A stretch of DNA of 64,000 nt from Phoronis australis (taxonomy: Eukaryota > Animalia > Phoronida). The stretch spans positions 511,511-575,510 of the forward strand of contig NMRA01000102.1 in NCBI GenBank assembly GCA_002633005.1, written 5' to 3'. Positions within the stretch are counted from its first letter, which is position 1, and every line of letters starts with the position of its first letter. Both the position numbers and the translations under genes were made by a program. The notes beneath the pieces were generated by a model. It ran no database searches and was not told the origin of the DNA. It saw only the letters and a program-made list of their open reading frames with translations. This document shows positions 1 to 11,416 of this stretch, piece by piece.

Positions 1-861
1 GTGCTGTTTTTAACTAGGTCAAGTGCACTGCCTGACACACATTCTAACCAACTGGTCACCATATGTGTTTGTCAATCACTGTGCTAGGTCAGTCTGTGTC
101 AAGTAAAATCAATATTGTTTTTACAACAACAACATAAAACAGAAACTTATCAGTGTTAAAGGTAATGTAAACAATTACCCTTAACTGTTTGAGTGAATAG
201 TCATTCTTCTAATTAATTAATATGAATTATAACAATTATAGGGTGAGTCAAATTAACTCATTAAGCTGCTCAAGATAACTCAGTGAATTATGGCAATGTC
301 TACAACACTAAACCCCAGAACACAACAGGAGGTCGTTACACTCTTTCAAAACTAGGCACCCAAAATACATAAAATCAGACATGGCAGGTGTGTAACGGCC
401 AGTGTGTAACGTATGGCAAATTCTTCACTGACTTCACCTAAATGCTAAAATTGTCAGTGTTAATTCCATTCCTATTACTTTGCTCCGAATTTAGCAAATG
501 TTTACTTTTAATATTAAAAAAAAAAACAGTACAAACCAAGCTGAACATAATTTTTTTTAGTCTAAAGTTATTCGTGTGGACAAAATAAAATTTCACTATG
601 TAGTCCGCCACCGTGCTAAATAAGTGAAGAAAAATAGTGTTAAAAATTTGATCTGGGGGTTGTTATCACAAGCAAACTGCATAGATGGAGATGACAACCA
701 TTTAATCTAGGGGTTGTTACCACAAGCAAACTGCATAGATGCAGACAACCAGGATGGACATGTTTGCACAAGATTACCATTAGAACAACGATAATGACAC
801 TGCATTGTATGTTACTCACAAACACCGAACTTTTTATGGGTTAACAACAGAATGTGTCAAG

Positions 862-990
862 CTTTGGCTGTCCTGGGCAGTACCAAACCTTTGGCTGTCC
901 TGGGCAGTACCAAACCTTTGGCTGTCCTGGGCAGTACCACGCCTTTGGTTGTCCTGGGCAGTACCAAGCCTTTGGCTGTCATGGGCAGTA
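862..990. repeat. 27-bp minisatellite (CTTTGGCTGTCCTGGGCAGTACCAAAC), about 5 copies
   Basis: Direct tandem copies visible; explains the periodic spurious ORFs 805..993 and 854..1048. Confidence 0.95.
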
Positions 991-1875
991 TAGGTCTCTA
1001 CTAGTAATCAACATACACATCTACTTAGCACTAATTGCTGGCTTTTGAAATAGCCCCACTATACTGAAATACCCTATCCCACCAGACAGCGATTATGTCT
1101 TTGGTCGACCTGCGCCACCTACACATTCTACGTAATGCGGACAAGAGGTTTTAACCCACCAACATAAACAGATGCAGTGAGGTGTACCAATGGCTTACAC
1201 AAAAAGGTTAATCTCTTGATATATCAATGGATGAAGGATATCATGTTCCACAGATTTCCGACTGCAAAATCAAAGCAGCAGGAGACATTCAATTGATGTG
1301 AAAATGCTTGAGAAATAAATTACTGAACTAAACCTAATTAAACAAGGGAGGGGTTAATGAACCACAATGTTAATAAACCAATATGTTAATGAACCACTAT
1401 GTTAATAAACCAATATGTATTACATGAATTTCTGTGCCCCAAATCTGAGTTGGGATCAAGTAGAAGTTGCTTTCACGGTCTCATTACTCAAGAGAGCACC
1501 AATGTGAAAAGTCAGCTATCATATTGCATATAAATCTCAATATTCCACAGTACAGGATTATGGCAATTCATCATTTATTTACGGCACATGATCAAAAAGT
1601 GAAATTATATTTTGTCAAATTTCTCCACAAAATAAATATGGAAAAATATAGTCTATTGCTAGCACGGTTAGTGTAGATGCCATTAAATAACATTCCGTAA
1701 AGTTTCCATAATTAGTAGCAAAATAATTAGCATTGGAAAAATGGAAAATGACCAGTTTTGACATTTTATGCAAAATAAATCGAGAATTAGCACACTTTAA
1801 ATACACAGGATGGTCAGTTTTTATATAGGCCACAATTTACATTCTTTACAACATAATAAAATGAGTTCCTCTTAC

Positions 1876-3259
1876 CTCCAGGTCATGTTCGTCCAAACCA
1901 GCGAGGAATTTATGCCAAGTGGCCTTTTCTGACTTGGGGAGAATGACGACAACATTTTGACTAGACACATCAACACTGCATCCATCTTGAGCCAAAGTGC
2001 AGCCATCTTGGAATTTTGCACAAAAACTGTAGTGAACGGGGTAACCACCAGAGCCCACGGAGGCAAATTTGATGTCATAGGCACTTCCATCAGAAAGGAC
2101 CCTCTGACGGATACTACAATCATCTACATTCTTCACTACAAATATAAAAGTCAACGATTTCTCGTTTTGATGAAAATCATACACAGGCTTGTTATAGGGT
2201 ATTTCACTTTTTGGAACTGGTTTTAGGTCATCATCACGAGTAACGAGTTTGGGCACTGATTCTGAATCTCCCGAGGCCAGAACTTCGATGACAGGCTTTG
2301 CATCAGAAAGATTATCATCAGCCTCTGCACATGAAGTCCTTTCATCAGATTTGCCAACAGTATTTGAATTGACATCCTCTTTAACAACGGGCAAAGTTAT
2401 TGCCAACGTTCTCTTGCTCTTGTCGAACTTGGCAGACCCTTGCTCTTCGTTAACAAGATAAGGCAAGTCGAGATCCAGACGATATCTGGCAGGAGTCTCA
2501 GAGGAAAGTACAACACGCTTCTCGTAGATGTCAAGGTTAACTACTTTCGAAGACTTCAACATTGGCAACTCTACAGTAATGACAATCTGTGTTGGACGAG
2601 TGCCTGGACTAGAATCTCTTGTATTCATATAATTCAACATGTCCATATCGGAACGATAAACAATACTATAATTGGGCAGAGCATAACCACTCTCTTCCTC
2701 TTTAATATCGCTGTTTCTCACCGTTTTCCTCGCCTTAGCCTCCTGCTCTTGTCGCTTCTTTTCCATCTCTGCAGAGTGGTCACGCGACTTTTCTTCCGTA
2801 GTACGTTCATCGTACGGATAAGGGCACTTACTCAGTGGGTCATCAGGATCAACAGGTTTAGGCTTTTCACCCGCTTTCTTCTTCCTCACGACTGTTGCTT
2901 GGGCAGTACCTTTAAAATTTATTTTGGGAAATCGCAAGTTCTTTTTGTCAAGTTTTACCCCAAATTGTTTTTCAATGCCTTCCAAGGCAATATTATTCAC
3001 CATGTTTTTGAAGGCCTGGTTGGACGTGGCCATGCGCAAAGTATCTGGGTGGTACACAACATCAAATACTTTACACGACACTTTTTTCTTGTCATAGTCA
3101 TCTCTGGGTGGAGCAAAACTGTGTGGAACACTCCAGTTCAAACCAAACTTTCCACTGGGATCCTTTTCTCTCTTGGAAGATGGTTTCTCGATATGTTCGT
3201 TTTCACAAATGTTGATAAATGCCTTAGTCTCACCATTACAGCTTGTCTTGATGACATAC
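1876..3259 (-). CDS. DNAAF2: Protein kintoun / dynein axonemal assembly factor 2, coding exon 2 (PIH1 domain plus CS domains); gene continues left of the window
   Basis: Translation YVIKT..KAFINIC..NWSVPHSFAPPR..FDVVYHPDTL..IVITVELPML..LDLPYLV..AKFDKSKRTLAITLPV is typical PIH1/CS kintoun; acceptor CTAG at 3263-3260, donor GAG|GTAAG at 1876/1875; phase matches exon 1. Confidence 0.95.
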
Positions 3260-3726
3260 CTAGCAATATAATGGCAAAACATCTTATCAGGATTAGCCCA
3301 AGTTTAAAAAAGGAATGTATATGTTTTCCACTTCTGCCAATGGTAATGTGTTGCGCGGAGTACCTAGGGATGAGTACTGTTAATATTTGAATCTGTCAAG
3401 AGATGAAACTTGTATCAACATACAGAGGTAACAACCATGCACAACCTGGGAGTCAATTGACACACAACTTGCCCATTACATCCGTTTAAGTGAAAAACTA
3501 TCTAATAAACGTCACTTTATTGCATAATTATCCAGCTTTAGTTACAAAAGCTGTTGTTTACTTGAAAAGAGTATAGGCTTGTCACACACGTACACATATA
3601 TATCAAGAGGTGATGACATGCTTCGCCAAAAAGCAAAATTTGCTCAAAAATTCAGTCATGCAGATTGGATTATATTCACAAATTTTCATGATAGTTTGGT
3701 CGCAGCCCTTTGTTAACATAAACTTA

Positions 3727-3779
3727 ATTAAAAACATGACCATTACTCATTACTAATGAGTAATGGTCATGTTTTTAAT
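3727..3779. repeat. Perfect 26-bp inverted repeat with 1-nt spacer in DNAAF2 intron 1
   Basis: ATTAAAAACATGACCATTACTCATTA-C-TAATGAGTAATGGTCATGTTTTTAAT. Confidence 0.9.
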
Positions 3780-3897
3780 GCACCAGGTGATAATTTTAAT
3801 TGGAGACCCCCACCCCCAACCATCCAAAAGTGAACTATTCCAACGGTGGAATATTGCATCCGTGCTCACATCAGAGGGCATTTAAAAATGTCCGTAC

Positions 3898-4112
3898 CCT
3901 GGCTTGGGATGTATGAAGGTGACGTCCATCCCTTTTTCTGCTTCCATCTGTGCAATTTCGGCTTCATAACGCGCTTTGTTTTCAGGGTCACTGATTTCCT
4001 GTGCATATTCTACGAGTAATTTGCGAAATTCTTCCTTCTTCAGCGCCTCACTAATGCGCTTAATTTCGTCCGGAGTCATATCCAAATCTTCCAGTTTCTT
4101 GTCGGTCGCCAT
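3898..4112 (-). CDS. DNAAF2: Protein kintoun, coding exon 1
   Basis: MATDKKLEDLDMTPDEIKRISEALKKEEFRKLLVEYAQEISDPENKARYEAEIAQME..GMDVTFIHPKPG is the conserved kintoun N-terminus; ATG at 4112, donor GG|GTACGG at 3898/3897 joins in phase to G TAT GTC of exon 2. Confidence 0.95.
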
Positions 4113-4364
4113 ATTGCAAACAGGTTTCAATAAATCAGCCACTTAATTTATATAGTTTAAAAAACTAATAGATATTTGTAAATTAGTAATACATAAGATA
4201 ATATAGTGCTTAAATTATGAGTACTAATATCATAAATTCGAGTATATTCTGAAATAACACAAATTATGACACAAACTAACGCTAAATTAAAACTAGTATT
4301 TGTATTGCTATGAAGTTGTTAGGCGAAACAAAAACAACGCAGCGGCTCCTATCGGCTATTGCAT

Positions 4365-4377
4365 TTCTGGAATGTTC
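4365..4377. promoter_or_regulatory. Perfect three-unit heat-shock element (TTC-TG-GAA-TG-TTC) about 250 bp upstream of the DNAAF2 ATG
   Basis: Matches the nTTCnnGAAnnTTCn HSF consensus exactly; function not shown. Confidence 0.45.
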
Positions 4378-4384
4378 TCTAGCC

Positions 4385-4783
4385 GGGGGTTGAAATGGAG
4401 GCCGTTGCGGGGACTGACCCAGTGACGGCAATTTTTCTCGGGCTGTATTGGGCGTGCATTTACCACCCTTAATAGCAATGTGAGCCCGGCCTGGACTCAG
4501 GAGTCAGTTGGAACGGCGGGTGTCACAACTCAGTCGTACTCGGCATGAGAACGTGCGCTAGCGGACATCGCAGATTGGTGCCGAGGTGTCTTTGTTCGAA
4601 ACTCTACATAATTATAGCCTATAAAGCTTCCGTCTCCCTGACGGCGTCGACAATCACGGTGAAGTTAGTATTTCCCGCGCCCAGCGATATCCCGCGGTTT
4701 TGAAACACAAGTGTCAAAAGACCGGCCGAGGGTTCACCCAACTGACGTTGCACGGCCGCGGCGGCTCTGCCCATTCGTTACCT
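4385..4783 (+). ncRNA. Candidate structured non-coding RNA (unidentified)
   Basis: GC-rich island without ORF; end-closing helix GCCGTTGCGG(4401-10)/CCGCGGCGGC(4756-65), nested helices GACTGA/TCAGTC, GTGAC/GTCAC, CGGGCT-GTATTG/CAATGT-G-AGCCCG, CTCGGCA/TGCCGAG; G-U pairs favour the + strand. Confidence 0.35.
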
Positions 4784-5335
4784 ACTGAGTGACTAATCTA
4801 ATTCGGCAACTGAGGCAACTGAATTCAGACCGTTTTATAAATTGGTGTATGCCTATATCATCTCAATCTTTTCACGATTTGTGCATGGCATAGAAATTAG
4901 GGCATGTTACTATAGATATTTTTTTCCTTATGGTGGTAAAATATGATTTATTAGGCGCCTAATGACACCCAGCAATTAGCTGATCAGTCACTGCAGGCAC
5001 AAGAATGAAAACTAAAACTTGATTAAAATAAAAATAAAAGTCGCCTAAGATTTTCTTCTTTATAACTGCTCCTCAAGACTTATGCATGATATAGAAAGCT
5101 ATAGGAAACCGTGAATTCAAGTCTCATTGACGGGGTGCTTAACTATCCGTCACAACGTACACTCACACCGTGAGCTAGTTGAAGAGTGACTATAACACAT
5201 AGCAGGTTTATCAATCTTCAATATCGTACGCGTTATTCACAACTCACGGAAACGAAAAACTGGCTCAACTAACCCTGGTCTCCCCTATCTGGAACAAACC
5301 CGGTGATATAATTTCAACATGCATGAAATGCATTG

Positions 5336-5479
5336 CAGGGGCGGATCCAGGATTTTGAGTTGGGGGGGGCAAGACAGAGTATTAGCCAGGATTTTGCTGT
5401 CAGACATTCCCCCCGAACTGCCAAATGGAATTTGGGGAAATTTTAGGGGGGCCACAGCCCCCCTCTAAATCCGCCTCTG
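5336..5479. mobile_element. MITE (CAGGGGCGGATCC...TCCGCCTCTG termini), 5-bp TSD CATTG; probably non-autonomous hAT5-like
   Basis: TIRs and flanking CATTG duplication read directly; family members at 8234, 21977, 22455, 47726. Confidence 0.8.
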
Positions 5480-5929
5480 CATTGGAACACCGAAACTTTG
5501 TTACAAAGTTTGTTTAATTCTGGAAATTCATTTTCGTAGACGCATAACCATGTAAATTGAAACAAGCGAACTCGTCAATTGACATGTCGGTCACATGCGC
5601 ACACCCAGCCCAGGGTGCTCGAACATAACGCTATTATAGCTCACTTGCGAGTTTCTCGTTAGTCAATGTGACGTCACCGGAAAAGGGGCAAAACCCATCA
5701 CTTGTTTGGCCCCGAGTCTTTGCTACACGTACACGCTAAATTTTATTGGAGTTTTTATGGTGAATTTTACGCTTAAAACGTAAACACAACTTAAAAGATA
5801 GTAGATGGATATAGTGGAATAACTGTGAATGGACGAAGAAAATGTGAACTTGTTATGTTGTGCGAAGTTGTGAACGGACTGAAATTCATTGGAACTCAAC
5901 ACCGGTCTAGGCCTGAATGCCGCAGGCCA

Positions 5930-6440
5930 GAGGCGATAGCTTATCCCCATAAAAAGTTACTCATTTCAAAATACAGCAAATAAAATCAAATGAAACATGC
6001 ATATGTGCACATGGAGTTATAATTAATTAACACATGCCCTGACTCTGGATACAATTTAGTCTATAAATAACTTGAACCTATCCATGAAAACCTCGCGGTT
6101 CGCTCAAGTTTCTCTCACAGGGCGCCATCTTGAGGAAGTTACGTGAAATCACGAACAATAAGACCAAGGAACACAAATCTTACAAATTCACTTGATATGT
6201 TCTCATGTTATTTTGCAAGTGTCACGGGCCACGTCTCGCGCTTCACTCAGGCTCGCGCTAGCCTTTGCCTCATACTCACCTGACCAGTTGAACTACTTTG
6301 TGGTTATCGCGCGCGCGGTTTAAGTTAACAGTAACCACAATGTGGAGTTGGAATTCTTCGACAAAGTCACTTGAATTCCGGTAGCTATGCTTCATCAAAG
6401 ATATGTTTAGAAGCAGAAAGGACCACTGGAGAAAGTAAGC
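5930..6440. repeat. Dispersed repeat; inverted copy at about 33930-34400
   Basis: Shared blocks e.g. TGCACATGGAG..ATAATTAA, GAAGTTACGTGAAATCACG, ACAAATCTTACAAAT, CATGTTATTTTGCAAGTGTCACG in reverse complement at 34090-34360; ends approximate. Confidence 0.7.
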
Positions 6441-8233
6441 GCCTTTTTAGGTGATAATTTTAGATGTAGAATGTATTTTTGACGTGGTGAAAACTTAATC
6501 AGTGAGCGGATTTCGCCTATCGCCCGCTAAAATACACGAAACGAAATTAGTACAAAACGCGATAGAACGTATTGTAGCGCGAATCTGAATTTCATTTGCC
6601 ATAGCAGCAATACTTGTTTGGCATTTTTCGAACTAAACGGCCAAAAAGTGGAAGAAAATAACAAAATACACTCTGTTAACGTATTGGGCAAATGATCCAA
6701 ACGACAAGCTTTTGCCCCACTTCCCGTGACGTCACAATTAAGTCTCACGTAATCTCGCGTTATTGTTATAAACTCGCAAAAGGACTAATGAGTGAGGACT
6801 TGACAGGGACCTCAGGTGTCTCACACTCCACTGATTCGTCCACATTATTTTGAAAGCGCTTTCCCCAGTCACACATTGTGTGTCATAAAAGAGATAAGCA
6901 TACCTGCAGCTGACGCAGCAAGTAGAACTATACTCTCGTTTATCACATTGGTGTAGACTCGCAGTTGAACTGTGGTTTTCTGTTGACCCCAGACCGTCCC
7001 GAGTTGCACCATATACCAACTCCGGACGGTCTCTCACGACGATTTAGCGTTATGATTTTGAGAATGTGGACCTTTTATATATATTAACGAGTAACGTTCA
7101 TAGCTATGAGTGGTGCATTCGCCGAATTTTGATAGCTCTTGCCTTTTTGGTGGAATTTTGTCTCGTTTTCTACTTCTTCATAGTTTTTTGTTTGAGGTGG
7201 TGGACCTTTTTGTCCACTTCCCCAAATGGGGAGCTCATTCGAGCCCCCAGAGCCACCCCCTCCCCCGGGTGCACACATGCGGTCAATTAATTTCTCCCCA
7301 AGAAGATGGCAGGGCATTTTTCTGTATGCAACAATTCCGTATTTTGATGATTCTGGAAAGCACGACCAATGTTGGACCATAATAGCTGAGTCAATTGGCA
7401 CTGTTGGACCGTGCAGGAGAGTTAATTGGCCCATGGCAGTTGAGGCATTTTCGCGCGGGGAGAGAGGGTGAGAGACCTCAGTCACCAGCCCAGAAGAACC
7501 AGTGAAATTTTCAGTGTTAACCTGACGGGGTCTGGGGCATTCCAGTCATATCCTCAGTGTTACGGTTTTATCGTTAATCTTTAGTAGGCAATCCTCCTGA
7601 ATTACATAACATTACAAGTTATATCAGCGAAGTTTTACGAGTCAGGGACAAAGCTCCGCTCCGCTGAAATGATACTGATGATACTAAACCTTTTTGACGA
7701 TTTCAGCAAATCCTCGTTCTGTCCTTTTCTAATACACTATTAACAGCATGGCCATACGTGATATAGCCGCGGCAGTGTAACATTCGTCAGTCATCAAAAG
7801 TTTGGAGCAAGTTTGAAAACTCCAAGTACAAAGTCTGCTAAATAAACCGGCATGTGTGACTGCAAGGCTTGAGGTAAGTTGTAAAACTTTGAGAAAAGAA
7901 CGACGCACACAATAAACTAAATGACCTATGAACAAACTAAGAAAATTTTTCAATTGAATACTTGTTTTATGCTAACTAACGACATACCAGGAATCAGGAA
8001 ACGTACAGCTGTGGGGTTGTCGTGGGAAGATAAGTTTCTAAACAGTTACACATGAAACGAAACACTTGGAAATTAGGCAACTTGGGTCGAAGTAGCAAAT
8101 TATGAAATTGATGGGGTTCCTTACATATAGGTGGAGTGTGAGCATTAAAACTGGAATTTGATATATTTTGAAGGATTCTTTTTGATCTGTCTGGAGTTTC
8201 TTAGTGTTGCCAAAACCCCAAGCTGGGAGTTAC

Positions 8234-8484
8234 CAGTGACGGATTTAGGGAGGGGGGGCAAGGGGTCATGCCTCCCCTAAAATTCTCCCAGGATATACAA
8301 TTTGGGGGGGCGAATGCAAAATGCATAGGCCTTGAACAAACCCCATTTACCGTTTTTTTTTAGTAATGAGGTCCACAAACCCAAATATTCAAAACCCCTG
8401 CACCCCTAAATTTTAGGCTGGGCGCGAAATTGTGGTTATTCCTGTGCCATGCCCCCCTAACTCAAAATCCTGGATCCGTCCCTG
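8234..8484. mobile_element. MITE, same family, 5-bp TSD GTTAC
   Basis: CAGTGACGGATTTAGG...GGATCCGTCCCTG flanked by GTTAC on both sides. Confidence 0.8.
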
Positions 8485-8499
8485 GTTACATTTTAGCTT

Positions 8500-8660
8500 G
8501 ACAGCTGGGAGGGGAAGGTAGGAATTCAACATGAGTCCATCGAGCTTGTTAAATTTGTTTGAAATGAGGTTAATGTGGGGGCACCACGTGAAGTTTCTGT
8601 CAACAGTAATACCAAGGAAAGGGAAATTGTCCACGTGATTGACTGTTTTGGTATTTATAT
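8500..8660 (-). mobile_element. Small LINE (CR1/L2-group) reverse transcriptase fragment
   Basis: FPFLGITVDRNFTWCPHINLISNK matches the (Y/F)LG..D..L.W..HI post-RT motif. Confidence 0.6.
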
Positions 8661-9598
8661 GGATGGTAGGAATAAAACATTTGCCAACTTTCCTTTTGCG
8701 TATAGTGGGAGATCCTTAATTTACATTTTGATGAATTATTTCAAAGTTTGTTTACAGAAAAACGAAGTGGTGCAAGTTAAGATAAACGGGTGTCGACTAG
8801 GCCTTAGGGGACTACTGGCGCCTCTCGAACCCCACTAAAACAAAAATTCCTCTCCTCTATATTTAGGAAGTTACGTGGGACTCTCAGCCCACAGACGCCT
8901 CAATATTGATGAACTGCTTTATGCTTTCAAAATGTTTGTTAAAAAGACGACCTTATTTCATTAGCATTACCTATTATCGAGTCGCTCATCTCTGGAATAT
9001 TACAGTATGGTGTCAAGAATCCATTGTTATCATGCTCTCTGGTTCCGTTCGCATCTTGTAATGGAGGCCGGTAGACGCATACTACAAGACCATCATCATC
9101 TTAATGAAAATCATTGTCCCTACTGAAAAATTACATGCTGCTAGATGATATATGTTGGCGTATTGAATTTAGTACAATTGGTTAATTAAAATGTACAAGA
9201 ACGCAGAAAGTGACAACAATAACATCCCAACAGTTAACGACACGTACAAGCGAGAGTCGCTTGCACCTAAGAGCCGGTGAAACTTGAGCTAATATTTTTT
9301 TCTTTGGAGAAAAGGAACGCATTATTTCGGATATAGACGCAAGATACATTATCTCAACAAAATACCAGCACCGGGCAGTAGACTGTACATATCTAACACA
9401 TTGTATACCTAGTAAAAGTTGTAGCCGCAGTATCGCAATTTTTAGAAATCTTACATCTCGAGTATTACTTGTATGCTCACTGGGCCTAAAAACACACAAA
9501 TCCGGCAATGATTCAAAGTAACAAGAAATAGCGCTTTAAATAGGCAGCCATATCTGATTTCAATTTTTTTTCAAAACTGTTAACTTGGGCATGAAGTT

Positions 9599-11416
9599 TT
9601 AAGTGAACTGTGCGCTCCCGTCTGGATAATACTGGTCCAAGCACGCGTGGTCATTTTTCACCCTACACGGTGAAAATTCTCCAATGGCGTACTTGAAGTT
9701 CTTGGGGTCAATCACTTCCCAAATATTTGTGTGTTTATACACTTCTTCACCGTAATAATTTCTGACGTGTCTTCCGGGATTGGGTGGCGCCTGCAGCCAT
9801 TCGCCGTCAAACAGAACGTACGTCTGGTTGAAGCCACTTCTCTCTCTGTACAGAACAGAGGGTAAAATTTTAAACAGGGACACGTCAACATACCAGCTTC
9901 CAGCGTACATTGAACCCCCGCCCTCGTTCTCGACAAGCTGCAAAGGACAGCCCAATGATTTCATTTGGGACTGAAGATTGAGCATTACCGAGTAATTGCC
10001 TGCAAAGTAGTGAATATCGGCATCTCTATCCCATGGTATTGCGTGGCCAAATTTAACGGCACCTAGCAATGTTCCACAACGTATCTCCATCATTACGTTA
10101 TTTTGACGTGCCAGACGAAGAAGAATTTTAACACATCTGCTCAGCATTAGTAGACAACATGGCGATTCTACGAGGTCTCGAGATGAACCAAACAATCCTT
10201 CACATGTCATTTTAATTTCGTCACAACTGAAGTGGTGGGTAGCAGTGAAGGCGTGTATAGTGTTTAGACGATAGGTGTCTGCAATGTAATGCCAACGTTC
10301 CTTGCTTTCTGTTGGCTGCTCCACGACGATTGTATCAACATAAAACATCACATCCGGGCAAGACATGACAACAACATCTCGGGTCATCCATTTCAGAAAT
10401 AGCTGCTCGAATATCAGTTCTGAATTTTCAACGTTGATTAGGGAATTCCGAAGAATTTCTGTACGTGCTAAAAACGGTCCCGCAAGATGATCGCAAAGCA
10501 TGCAAGAATCCCGTGATGTTTCATAACCATATTTGTAACGCAAAGTAAAGTTTTGAAGATGTATTTGGTAGCAATTGTGCCACCAGTGACCGTTTAGTCC
10601 TACGGAAGCTCCTCCCACTATTGGGACGTCATGACGGTATGACACACTGACTAAACGTTCAATGTTGGAGTAATTTGTAAAATGCTGAACGTCACGTAAT
10701 ACGACAACGTACTTTGTCTTAACTTGATTAAGCAACTTTCTCCAAACTGCCATAGTTGGCAATCCCTTTGTACTTGATACCTCATCACAAGGACTCCCAC
10801 CCACCATTCTAAGGCGGGGATAAACCTTTTGGATTTCATTTATCAGTCCGCACGATTGCTGGAAAAAGTTACCACCGGGAATGACCATCAGACTAACAAG
10901 ACTTTCTAACGACTTTGCATAAGAACACTTCACAAACTCCCAGCCATGGTCTAGCACAGGGTGATCAAGCTTTCCAAAGTAGACTTCTGGACACGTCTCT
11001 GCAGTAGACTGGTCTCCTGATTTTACTATGTTAACACTCTCCAACTCAAATTGCCGCTTAGTCTTCTTCAAGATCTGTTTGAGCAATGCTCTAGTTGGTG
11101 AACTTCTTGAACTTTTGATAGCTTGGGTTGCTAGCTCAGCAATTTCATCAAAGATTTTTTGATCCGTCAAGCAGTTTTCCAGTTCGGTATTTAAAGACGA
11201 GCCTGAGTTTGACGTCGCGCACTCACATTGGCCTTGTGCAGGTACGGAATTTCCACTCTGTAGGACAGTATTTGAATTTTCCAACCCACGTGTGTTAAAG
11301 TATTCTTGATTAAGATGCTGGATTCGACAAGCAACGATAAAGAGCTTAACTAATGTCAGAATTAACGCCATGCACCCCATAGCGCGAAACAGACGGCAAC
11401 CACGGGAGTGCGTCAT
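9599..11416 (-). CDS. Fukutin-related protein-like (GT-A-like stem domain plus LicD nucleotidyltransferase-fold phosphotransferase), type II membrane protein, single coding exon
   Basis: GTLLGAVKFGHAIPWDRDADI = LicD/FKRP catalytic G(T/S)LLGA..PWDxDxD motif; FSCDEIKMTC..SPCC equals the FKRP zinc-binding loop; TM anchor after Met at 11416 (ORF is open to 11605). Confidence 0.88.
   Translation of the reverse strand: MTHSRGCRLFRAMGCMALILTLVKLFIVACRIQHLNQEYFNTRGLENSNTVLQSGNSVPAQGQCECATSNSGSSLNTELENCLTDQKIFDEIAELATQAIKSSRSSPTRALLKQILKKTKRQFELESVNIVKSGDQSTAETCPEVYFGKLDHPVLDHGWEFVKCSYAKSLESLVSLMVIPGGNFFQQSCGLINEIQKVYPRLRMVGGSPCDEVSSTKGLPTMAVWRKLLNQVKTKYVVVLRDVQHFTNYSNIERLVSVSYRHDVPIVGGASVGLNGHWWHNCYQIHLQNFTLRYKYGYETSRDSCMLCDHLAGPFLARTEILRNSLINVENSELIFEQLFLKWMTRDVVVMSCPDVMFYVDTIVVEQPTESKERWHYIADTYRLNTIHAFTATHHFSCDEIKMTCEGLFGSSRDLVESPCCLLMLSRCVKILLRLARQNNVMMEIRCGTLLGAVKFGHAIPWDRDADIHYFAGNYSVMLNLQSQMKSLGCPLQLVENEGGGSMYAGSWYVDVSLFKILPSVLYRERSGFNQTYVLFDGEWLQAPPNPGRHVRNYYGEEVYKHTNIWEVIDPKNFKYAIGEFSPCRVKNDHACLDQYYPDGSAQFT

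Noticed and set aside
805-1048. Repetitive ORFs (LWLSWAVP / FGCPGQYQ) and CRISPR-like periodicity
   Set aside because: Translation of a 27-bp minisatellite with no unique spacers; eukaryotic intron.
2440-3390. 316-aa + strand ORF
   Set aside because: Antisense shadow of DNAAF2 exon 2; no recognisable protein features.
4385-4836. Assignment as tmRNA, telomerase RNA, SRP RNA or canonical RNase P RNA
   Set aside because: No T-arm/CCA end, no CUAACCCU template, no helix 8 motif; ACTGAATTCAGACC at about 4818 resembles RNase P CR-V but no matching GGUCUG partner exists upstream.
7084-7600. 133-aa ORF extendable through an in-frame TGA giving U-L-E-C (selenoprotein-like UxxC)
   Set aside because: No thioredoxin-fold context or SECIS recognised; the ORF runs into G/C-run repeat-like sequence; likely chance.
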